The translations under genes and the position numbers were made by a program. Shown piece by piece: positions 1 to 9,792 of a stretch of 64,000 nt of DNA (position 1 is the stretch's first letter; the number at the start of each line of letters is the position of its first letter). Origin of the DNA: Selaginella moellendorffii (taxonomy: Eukaryota; Plantae; Lycopodiophyta); contig NW_003314266.1 in the NCBI RefSeq assembly GCF_000143415.4, positions 2,300,827 through 2,364,826 of the forward strand, given 5' to 3'. A model generated the notes under the pieces. The model worked only from the letters and a program-made list of their open reading frames with translations, was not told the DNA's origin and did not search any database.

Positions 1-770
1 CGCAAAGCCTCCGTTTGGAAGGAAGAGAGCGTATGGAAGCGAGATGTCGGACGGATTGTTCCTGTAGGCGAAGTAAGGATACGCGTTGATCATGAGCGGC
101 GCTTTGGTGAGCGACAGGAACTGAAGCACGGACTTGAGCGCGGTGTCGACGATCTTGGACTTGAAAATTCCGCTGGATGGAGGAAACGAGACCGAGAGGA
201 TGCCGAGCGACTGTGGCGACGTGACTTTCACCTGGTCGTCAGCTTTGAAACCCACGAGCGCGTTGTGGAGGTTTTGCATTGCCGGGAGGAGCACGGACGC
301 TAGCTGCTGCTCGCTCGTGGTGAGAACCTCGTTGCCGACGCTGATATACTTGATCTTCGTCTTTGGGAGGTGCTGGACGACGTTCTTGGACACCCAGGCG
401 TTTGCGAAGCTCGGGCTTCCCAGCCTCGGGATCTCCTCGTTGGTCACACCGATCACCACCTCGACGCCGGTGTCCGAGAGCGCAGAGAGCATGGCCGAGT
501 CTGCGTCGTAGAGCTTGAGTTTCCCAATGGACGACGACTTAAGAAGCTTGACAACTTCCCCTGGAGGAGAAAGGTTGTCAGCCAGGCTTCCATAGTTGAC
601 GCCTATGGCTGCCTCCGCTGATAGAACGAACAAGAACGAACGGTCTCAGACTCGGCCAAGAGAAAGGAAAAAACCAACATACCTGACGATATGCTACTCG
701 CAAACACCAGCCACAGAGCAACGAAGAGCATAGCCACCTTGTTCTTCTTCCCGATGGTTCCAATCACCAT
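1..770 (-). CDS. Glycoside hydrolase family 17 beta-1,3-glucanase, 3' end runs off the window (exon 1 770-683, intron 682-618, exon 2 617-<1)
   Basis: Manual minus-strand translation: signal peptide MVIGTIGKKNKVAMLFVALWLVFASSISS, a GT-AG intron, then IGVNYGSLADNLSPP..KLKLYDAD..IKYISVGNEV..SFPPSSGIF..INAYPYFAY. These are GH17 signature motifs. Confidence 0.93.
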
Positions 771-1359
771 CTTCTTCTTCTTCCTCCTCCTCCTCGCCTT
801 CTCGTTCTTCGCATTCACCTCGCAATGCCCCCCGAGGAGAAAAAAAATGCCACCTTTGCAAAAGTAGTAGCAAAGGCTCACAACGTACGACACTGCCGCT
901 GCCAACATCCCAGAGCCTCTTTTCTCGTCATTCTTTCTTTCCAGTAACCGGTATTAAAGTTCCAAGCTCCTCGTCTCTTGCAGCGCACAAATCTATGCTC
1001 CTTTTCGTCCAAATTTGATAGCGACATGTCGCTAAAGCTTCTCCCTCCTTTAAACCCAGAAGCTTTTCTTCCTCTTCCGCTTCGCTTTGGCAGAAAAAAG
1101 AGGAAGAAAGGCGACCGCGAAGTCGACCCGACAGCGGCAGGCAGAGATCTGGCGCTTGTTCGCTGAGACACGCACCAAATTTCTGGGAAATCCGGTGACC
1201 TATCCATCGCCGAATTTATCTGTACCTGCGTTGCCGCTCACTCCATCGTCCCAGGGCATGAAAATCGTCGCCTACCAAATCGCCCAAGAGCTCGAGCCCT
1301 AAACTCAAAGGCGGGTAATTTAAACATATTTTTGGAGGGAAATTTAAAATCCACCCAAC

Positions 1360-3423
1360 CTAAGTGGCGGGAATTTGAATGCTGTGGAGAAGCACGTAAG
1401 GCGCGGAGTTCTTGGCATCGAAGCTAAACGCTTGCCTGGCGGCGTGCTTGGCGAGATCCGGGTTTCCATGGATCTTGCAGGATCCCACCAACGTCGTCCA
1501 TGAAATCCCATCTCCGGATTGCTGCTGGATCATCTCCCGGGCCCTGTGGAGCTGCCCAGATCGCCCCAGGATATCGACTAGGGCTCGTCGATGTTCCAGG
1601 GTCTCCTCGATGCCGTAGTCCGATCGCATCGATTCCAGGCAGCTGGAGCAGCGATCAACCATCCCGGCGTGGGCGCAGGCCGTGAGGACGCTGCTGAAGG
1701 TCACATCGCTGGGTTCCAATCCCTCCATCGCCATCGCCAGGAAGAGCTCCAGGCTCGAAGCATGGTGCCCATTTAGCGCGTAGACGGCGATCATCGCGTT
1801 CCACGATATGAGATCCCGCCACGGCATTTGATCAAAGAGAGCTCTCGCCGATTCGATCCGGCTGTTCTGCCCCAATCCAGCGATGAGCGCGTTCCAGGAG
1901 ACGAGATCGCGGCACGGCATGGCGGCGAAGAGCGCGATCGCGGCATCGAAGTGGGCGAAATGGGCGTAGCCAGCAATCAGCGACGTCCACGACACCACAT
2001 CCCAGTGTGGCATTCGATCGAAGAGCTCTTGCGCTTCGTGGAGCCTCCCTGCTTGTGCCAGCGCGGCCACCATCGCAGTGGAGAGGATCACGTCTCGGCT
2101 AGGAGAAGGGAATCCCTGATAGAGCTCGATCGATTCTTCCAAGAGTCCGATCTGGGCGTACGCCGCCAGGAGCGCCGTGGTCGCCATCGCGTCGCGCTCG
2201 GGCATTCGATCCAGCAGGCTCCTCGATTCCTCCAGCTCCCCGTGCTGGGCATAGCCCGCGACGATGGTGTTCCAGGAGATTTGATCCCGCCGCGGCATCC
2301 TCTCGAACAGATCCCTCGCGCTCGCGAGATCCTGGCGCCGCGCGTAGCCGGAGATCATCGCGTTCCAACTGACGAGATTGCGCTGCTCCATTGCATCGAA
2401 GAGAGCCCTGGCGCCAGAAAGATCGCCACTCTCGCACAGCCCAGTGATCACTGCATTGCACGACACGATGCAGTGTCGTGGCATTCGATCAAACATCGCC
2501 ATCGCCTCGCCGATTCGATCGTTCTGCGCACACGCCGACAGCATCGCCGTCCAGGAGATCAAATCGCCATAGGGCATCTCGAAGAACACGCGCTTCGCAT
2601 CTTCCAGATGCCCATTCTGGGCATATGCCGCAAGCATGGTGTTCCAGGAAACTATATTCCTCTCCGGCATCCACTCAAACACGTATCGCGCTTTCAGGAT
2701 ATTCCCGTAATGCCCGTGTGCCGCGATCATAGCCGTCCACGAAACGACGTCGCGAAAAACCATACGCTTGAATATGCCTAACACGGTTTCCAGATGCCCG
2801 GCATCGGCATTTGCTGCAAGGAGGGCATTCCACGCTACTAAGCTGTGCTCCGGCATCTTTTCCAAAAGAGAATCTCCCACTGCAAGATGCTTGTTCTCTA
2901 CGCACCCGCAAATCATCGCGTTCCACGTGGCAACGTTCCACGCCGGCATGCCATCGAAGATTCTTCTAGCCTCGTCAAGATACCCGGCCTGGGCATATGC
3001 TCCGAGCATCGTGTTCCACGTCACCACGTCCCTCTCCTCCATCTGATCAAAGAGATCCCGGGCGTCCGCGAGCCGTCCATTTTGGATATACGCTGCCATG
3101 AGAGTGTTCCAGGAGACGAGGTTTCTCACTGGAGGAGGAATCTCTCTAAAGACACGCTCTGCGTTGCGGAGATCTCCATTTTGCGCGTAGCCGGACATCA
3201 TGATGTTCCACGAGAAGGCATTGCGAGCTTGGATGCTGGAGAAGACCTCGAATGCTTGCTCCAAGCTCCCACACTTTGCGTACATTTCCACCAGGAGGTT
3301 CTTGAGCAAGAGATTGTTCGCGAGATCGCTGCGCTCCACCTGAGCGTGAACCTCTCTTCCGCCGGACAAATCCTTGCAATCCCGGCAGCGAGTTATGCGC
3401 TGCGCAAATTCCTGGAGCGCCAT
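1360..3423 (-). CDS. PLS-class pentatricopeptide repeat (PPR) protein with E-type C-terminus, single exon
   Basis: ORF 1360..3435 has many repeats of (D/N)xVSWNAMIxxYAQxG and ends in an E-like motif (WTTLVGSCKIHG...SAPYVLL). First ATG is at 3423. Confidence 0.92.
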   Translation of the reverse strand: MALQEFAQRITRCRDCKDLSGGREVHAQVERSDLANNLLLKNLLVEMYAKCGSLEQAFEVFSSIQARNAFSWNIMMSGYAQNGDLRNAERVFREIPPPVRNLVSWNTLMAAYIQNGRLADARDLFDQMEERDVVTWNTMLGAYAQAGYLDEARRIFDGMPAWNVATWNAMICGCVENKHLAVGDSLLEKMPEHSLVAWNALLAANADAGHLETVLGIFKRMVFRDVVSWTAMIAAHGHYGNILKARYVFEWMPERNIVSWNTMLAAYAQNGHLEDAKRVFFEMPYGDLISWTAMLSACAQNDRIGEAMAMFDRMPRHCIVSCNAVITGLCESGDLSGARALFDAMEQRNLVSWNAMISGYARRQDLASARDLFERMPRRDQISWNTIVAGYAQHGELEESRSLLDRMPERDAMATTALLAAYAQIGLLEESIELYQGFPSPSRDVILSTAMVAALAQAGRLHEAQELFDRMPHWDVVSWTSLIAGYAHFAHFDAAIALFAAMPCRDLVSWNALIAGLGQNSRIESARALFDQMPWRDLISWNAMIAVYALNGHHASSLELFLAMAMEGLEPSDVTFSSVLTACAHAGMVDRCSSCLESMRSDYGIEETLEHRRALVDILGRSGQLHRAREMIQQQSGDGISWTTLVGSCKIHGNPDLAKHAARQAFSFDAKNSAPYVLLHSIQIPAT

Positions 3424-3606
3424 TGCTTTGATCACTTGGAACCAACTTTGGATCCATGACCCCTGTAACTTTCACAGGAAAAATCGTTAAGAAGCTCGCA
3501 AGTTTTAACTAACTCCTACTTCAAATAAAACTTAGAAAAAACGCTACAAACGAAGACTTAGAAGAGATAGAAACTTATCTATGAGAGTACGTAGTAAGAG
3601 ATCATA

Positions 3607-4855
3607 CTACTCGGCGTGAAAGACTGGCCCCTGTTTGATCAAGCAAAGTGAGCTGCGAAGAAAACGTAACGGAGGCAATACGTACCGAGAGGGTATATCG
3701 TTCGTATGTGTGAACTAGCTTGTCATACTTGAGCGTCCAAGCTTCCGTGAGCTTCTTCTCCTTCATCTCCGCGTCTCTCTCGAGATTGGACACCAGCTCG
3801 CTATAGTCCTGCTCCACCTTCTGTAAAAACTGCTTTTTCTCCTCCTTGAGAGCTTTCACTCTGGCGTCCACCTCCTGGATCTTCTGGCGCTGCTTCTCGG
3901 CCTTCTCACACTCCAGCTGCTGCTTGAGTTCCTTGAGCTTCGAGCTGATCCCCTTCTTCTGCTGAATCCAGTTCTCTCGCTGCTCTCTCAGCTCCTTGAA
4001 AAGCTCAAACATTGACAGATTCGAGCCTTCGTTGTTGTCGCTTGATTCGGAAGCTGGATCCAGGCAGTCGAGCCCCTCGTCGGCTGTCCGCGAAGAGGAC
4101 AGAGACAGCGACGATTCAGTGAGCGTCGAGGCGATCTGGATCTCCAGCTTTTTCGGGATCCACTTTGGCATAGTCATGCCAGAAGTCGCCACCACCTCCA
4201 TTGGGAACTGCTTCTGAAAGGTCGTAGACGGCCCCAGAGTGAGCAGCGTTTCATCCCCGGACAAAGCCTCGGTGGTGGTAACTCCAGACGCATTGTTTCC
4301 AAAGTGATCCTGGCATACTGTCGGCGGCCCGCATATGTCATTCGCATCTGGTGTCGACGTAGAAAACGCAGGAGCCCCGTTGACGCAGAGATCAGGCGTG
4401 CTCGAAAGGAAAGGCCTCGAGAAACCCGGACCTAGAGCTTGAAGATGCATCGTTTCCGTGACCATGCTGTCACAGTTTCCCGTCGCTGCATGGGTGCTCA
4501 GCAACTTCTTCTTGTCCTTGATCAAGCGTTCCTTGTAAACCTCCCACCACTTGCCTAGGCGTTTAGCTGTTCGTCCCGGAACTTCGGCCGCAATGCGCTT
4601 CCATTTGTTGCCGTACTTGGTCTGGAGCTTGATGACAAGCTGCTGTTCTTCGTCTGTGAGAGGCCCCTTCTTGATCCCAGGTTTGAGATAGTTCTTCCAC
4701 CTTTCGTGGCACGACTTGGGATCTCGGTCGAGCGGTTCACCCATCCGCTCGGAGATGAGGTTCCAGTCGTCTGCCCCATACTGTGTCACGTAAGCGCATA
4801 GAATAGCGTCTTCCTCGGGCTGCCAGCGTTGTCTATCTTTCGTTGCGATTGACAT
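3607..4855 (-). CDS. ARP: ARP-family (ASYMMETRIC LEAVES1/ROUGH SHEATH2/PHANTASTICA) R2R3-MYB transcription factor
   Basis: KDRQRWQPEED..KSCHERWKNYLKPGIKKGPLTDEEQ..KYGNKWKRIAAEVPGRTAKRLGKWWEVYK is the ARP-specific MYB domain, followed by a C-terminal coiled coil. A probable 55-nt terminal intron 3685-3631 gives ...GPVFHAE* (unspliced stop at 3602). Start is at 4855 or 4861, after a probable 5' intron at ~4921-4867. Confidence 0.93.
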
Positions 4856-5050
4856 TTTCATAAATCCTGAAAGAGTAAACAAATGCCACCATTTGTTTAG
4901 AAAAAAACATTGAGGCGTTACCTTCTCGTGCTGTCTTTTTGCAAAGGTTGACTACATCTTCAATAGAGAAAAGAAAGAACAGGAAAAAAAAAGAGAGAAA
5001 AAAAACCTGGCCAGCAGAAAAAAGAAAAGAGGAAAAAAGAAACAAGGAGA

Positions 5051-5970
5051 CTAACGTGAACTCCAGGACACTAAGGAACAAGAACAATCAAAGTCTACAG
5101 CCATTTTACCGCGATCTTTGATACTAAGAAGAAGATGACGAAGAAACGCCATAAACGAGAAAATACTGGCCAGGTGAACTTCGATGCGGATCACATACTA
5201 CTATGCTCACCACTCAACGAGGAGAAAACGCAAAAAAACCACGACGAGTTTAGCTACCCGAGGACAAGACTATCGCACTTACTTCTACATCCATGGCTGG
5301 TCACGAACTTAGCGGACTGCCATAGCTCCAACTCAAGCCAAGTTCTAAGTATATACACCAACAACGCGACGCAACATTGTTACACAAAAAACGCGAGCGA
5401 TTTAGCGCATAGCCGCCATGACTGAGCAAGCAAGCACAACAGAATTTAACGACAGGCCATGGTAAAAAAAACCCGAGGAAATTAGCGACTGAGAGACGCC
5501 ATACTTTCGATTGTTTAAGGCAGGAAAAAAACCATGGAAAGAAACATCAACTTTAACGAAAGGCAAGCATCTTTTCTGTTCTTTCTTCTCGACTTTAGCG
5601 AGTGAAACGAGCCATGAGAATTGAGCTCAAGAACTTAGCGACAAGCTGCCATGGATGGAGCGAAGACGCTGTGACTTAACGAAACCCAGCCATGGAACAC
5701 GCCGACTTAACGAATGGAAATGTCAAATCCAGCCATGGAACGCACCGACTTAACGCGTGATAGACATGATCGGGGGGCAGGGTTAAGCAATTCTAGCGCA
5801 GCATGGCGAGATTTCACACACAGAGAGCTCTAGCGGCCGAGAGACGCCATAAGGAAATCCTTCCTCTAGCGGATTGCCACAGCCATAGAATGCAATGCAG
5901 ATCCGGGGTTAGCGACACACAGACATGGCGAGCGGCGGATAATTGGAGAGATTTAGCGCAGTGGAGCCAT
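5051..5970 (-). promoter_or_regulatory. Array of 17 short upstream ORFs (M-A-x(n)-R-stop) in the putative ARP 5' leader
   Basis: Repeated plus-strand TTAGCG/TTAACG/CTAGCG...(GC)CAT units read ATG(GC)...CGY-TAA/TAG on the minus strand. All are in frame; see findings. Confidence 0.85.
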
Positions 5971-6080
5971 CTCGCTACACAGATTCAGGAAGAAGAGCTT
6001 ATCTGCGAAGAAGATGAATCGCCGCACCAAAAGAAGCGCCACAGCCTCCAAACGCGCACAAGAACACGGTGAGTGAGGGG

Positions 6081-6140
6081 TAGGGTTCTCTATTTCTTTT
6101 CAGTGCGGGCAATTACCGTGGAAAATGTGGCGAATGGGCC
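6081..6140 (-). promoter_or_regulatory. Putative core promoter/TSS region of the ARP leader (telo-box-like AACCCTA and site II TGGGCC)
   Basis: TAGGGTT at 6081-6087 and TGGGCC at 6135-6140 lie just upstream of the first micro-ORF. Sequence turns AT-rich beyond ~6300. Confidence 0.45.
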
Positions 6141-9100
6141 AAGATTGTACGCGTTCGTACACTGACCACTGCTCTTGTATATTGGTGTATTCTGACCGGA
6201 CGCGTGGCGGTGGCATCTAAAGCAAAGACAAGATCCCTACGGAAAATCTGGTTACTTTTAAAATTTGAACTCGGTTTCCTTTGGTTAAGAACAAAGGCAT
6301 TTGTTAACAGTCTCAAAATCTTAATTTAATTTGTTTAGTTTGATTTAATATTTAAACACAAAGTATAAAAAGAAATAAATGAATGATAATAGAATCACAC
6401 AAATAAATAACAATATGGATTGAAAATTGAAATATATAGTTATTAAAAATCATAGTAAAAGAGTTGCAAGCTATGGCAGTGAATATGGGGTGCATTTTTT
6501 ATTTACACATGTGCAGATATTTGTTTGTGGTTTTCAATTTCACACAGTCCTATTTTGATTGTTATATATCATTTCACTACAATTATGATTATGTGCATTA
6601 CAACATTTATATGCAAAATAGTATACCACACTTTAGTAAAGAGATTGAATACCCTGTTGCAATATGTATAGCATCTGCAATTCTTTTTTGTTTTAAAGTA
6701 AATTGACACTTTTGCAAATGCATCTTTAATGTATTAGAAGCTCCAAATGGTGGCATTGCCAAATTAGTGCAATTGGCAGTTGATAATAGCCAGTGCATGG
6801 AGGCTCATGGCCAACATTTGATGGGTAGTATCTTTAATGCCTAGTTAGCTTTGCTTCTAATTCAGCTGAATTTAGCCACACATTCTTGCCAACTTAAAAG
6901 ACAAAGAAGAAGATGCTAACATGGCAATAAACTAAAAAGGATTCATACTTTGACCATGCATGCCAATATATATATATATAGATAGATAGATGCATTGATT
7001 TGTGAGAAAAAATTTAAGCACACATGTAGTTGCTTTCAAAACCTGCAAGAAATTACTTGCTATAATTATCCTTATCAAATATTAAATCTTTAATTTTTAT
7101 TGTTTTGGTTGGTTCTTGTGGTTCTAAACAAGAGAGAGAGAACTGTTAAAATTAAAATTGAGATTCTTTGGGATGAACAATTTTAAAATTAAATACCTAA
7201 TAACAGTTTAATATTTATAGTTATATTGACTTATGATTACTCTATAAACGGAAAAAGAAATCCATAAAGATCTTGTCTCCATTGGATCTTGTTGGAGATA
7301 CCCCCCACGCATCCAGTCCCAATACACAATAGCAGTGGTCAGTGTATGAATGTGTACAATATTGGCCCATTCACCACATTTTCCATGCCTGCTGACAAAA
7401 GAAAAAGAGAACCCCCTGCTCTTGTGCACGTTTGGGATTCTTAAGCTTTTTCTGGTATTTTCCTGAATTGGTAGTAAATGAACAGAACATAAAAGCAAAA
7501 AGTATACCATCTGATTTTTGCCCCTCTAATTTCTTCTTGCTTGTTGGATTATTTCCCCTTCTTTGTTTCCATCTTGTCTCTTGGATCCCTTGGAGAGGAT
7601 GTAGTTGGCTTTATAATTTCTGTGTGCAACCGGGTGCTTGCTTGATTTCGTCATCCCAGGACACTTTCATGGGCACAGCTTCTATGTGATTAAGCACTGG
7701 TTTGATGGTGCTTTCCTTCCTTTTTCAACTTCAAATATAAATTCTATAATATTTATCCTTCTGTTTAAGAACAAAGTGGGCCATGAAAGAAAACCTCGCA
7801 GCACATACTTTCGTATGCAACCATGACAGAATTCTCATATCAATTGATTGCACCAATTTCTAGAGAGAGAGATCACGCACTCACCTTCTACACATTCTTA
7901 TGAATTCATTCATTCATACTGTTTATACGGTCTTGTAGCACCCACCATGAAGCGAAGATTGTTGTTGCATTGCTCCACGAATGAGAATTCGAGAACTTCT
8001 GGTGGCTAGAAGAAATTAACCACAATTTGTAATATGATAAGAAAACTAAGAGCTTAAAATCTCAGCCGTTAGATTGCCAAATATCTTAGGTGCCTTTAAA
8101 AACTATAAACAGAGTTTAAAGTAATCCAAATGCGAATCAACCTTTTTACAAGTTATAATATTCTACAAAATATTTGGAGGTGCTGGCATATGTAACTTAT
8201 ACAGCAAGCGAAGTTGACGGACAATGCCTTCTCTCACTCTCTTGTTCTTTTCTTCACTATGTGCTCACAGCTCCCAGTGTTCTTAACTGTGCCGGGGGGC
8301 CTCATGTCAGTGGATGGCATCGGTGTGGTGAAGCTACCTTCTTCTTTCCAGAGGCTGACCCCGGACGAAAGCATCCGCAGAGCAACACTCTGGAAATGGT
8401 GTCCAAATCCTCAGACTTTTGATCGTTCCTGCTCCGGGATGCCGGCGTAGAATTTCATTGCGTTGGCTTTGCCGAAGGCTTGGATCTGTGACCAGATTCC
8501 GGCCGCGATGGGCAGGCAGCTCGTGACGTTCACAGTGTCTTGTCGTTGAAAGGACCGGGCAGCAAAAACACACCATCCTGGAAAACAATTTCTAGAGTTC
8601 TTTACCCAAGCTATATAGTTGTGTGCAAGAGCGTGCCAAGGTTCCCAGGATCCTGTAGACAAACTCACCATTTGACAACTTTTAGACAAGGGAATTAGAC
8701 AAGTTCTACCCGGAATCTGCGCCTGGTCCCGGGCAGCGAAGGCCAGGGCCTCTGACTCAGCGCGTCGGGGCTCCCAACATTTCACGGTTCCAATGACACA
8801 AAAGAGCGATCATAAGTTTCTTCACCAGGATTGGCACGAAACAAGTTTTGTCATCTCCTGCTCCCGGAAGCGGCAATGGCTCATGCGGCCGTTTGATCCG
8901 TGCCGATCATCGCCCTCCAAGGGAAGGAATTGGGGGGCGATTCCGATCGAAAAACCATCCTCGCGCGATCCAGGCTCCAAGCTGGCACGATGTGGGCATT
9001 GGCATTCCTGCCATGGCCGTCGTGGCCGTGGCCGTATCCACCTGCCGACAGTGCTATGCAAGTTGTGTGTACCAGTTCGGTACCGAGCAAGCAAGTGCCT

Positions 9101-9792
9101 TGCGTGCAGCCCCAGAGAGTTGTAGACCTACCTTGTCGTGTTGACATTCTCCAGGTAGAAACTGAATTTCTGCCGGAGCTCACTTGGAATATGCTGGGCA
9201 GAGTGCCCTACAACTAGAGTGCCCTATCCCACATGCCCAAGCTCAAGTGCTTTCCTTCGATATATAACGGCTCGCGAAGATGATTATCTTAAGAGCGCGC
9301 CCGCTTCAAGGTGGGAGTCAGCACGGTGTTATCCTCGGAGGGGGATGATGACGTGGTTGATAATGTGGGGCACATCGCGTCAGGCGGGTAACCGAGCATC
9401 GCCATAGCTCCAGCTCTGGCCAGTGAAGGGATCACGCGCTTTTTTTTTTTTTCTTTTCAACGCGCGATCCCGTTCATACTGAGGACTAGAGTTTATGAGC
9501 AGGAGTAGGCTAGTCAAGGATCCAACAAAGGTAGCACAACTTTAGACATCCTAAATTTCTTCTTCTTCAGGAAAATAGTCCACACTTTCACCGGCAAAGA
9601 CCTCTGGACTGACTCCAACTTCTGCCCCGAATGGCTCCAAGAGAAACTCGCGAGCTTGGATCGGAGTGAGAACTCGCTTCAAACAAGTCCATCCCCGCAA
9701 GTAAGTTTTATTGATCGAGTTTCGAGTTTGATACTAGCTCTACGATATCGAACAGGCTCTTAAACTCTACGATGAGACGCGCAGCAAAGTGA

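Noticed and set aside
1828-3459. Long plus-strand ORFs opposite the PPR gene (similar ones lie opposite the LRR-RLK)
   Set aside because: Antisense shadows of GC-rich coding sequence with no recognisable motifs.
5309-5958. Reading the TAACG/TTAGCG + GCCAT repeats as MYB/YY1 binding sites or a CRISPR-like/satellite repeat
   Set aside because: The distance between the two half-motifs varies but is always a multiple of 3 and forms ATG..stop. There is no constant repeat unit, so a translational explanation fits better. Binding-site function is not fully excluded.
8170-9400. GC-richer stretch with many short overlapping ORFs (similar stretches at 15150-15910 and 34500-35300)
   Set aside because: No recognisable domain or consistent exon structure. 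Probably decayed gene fragments that cannot be called from sequence alone.
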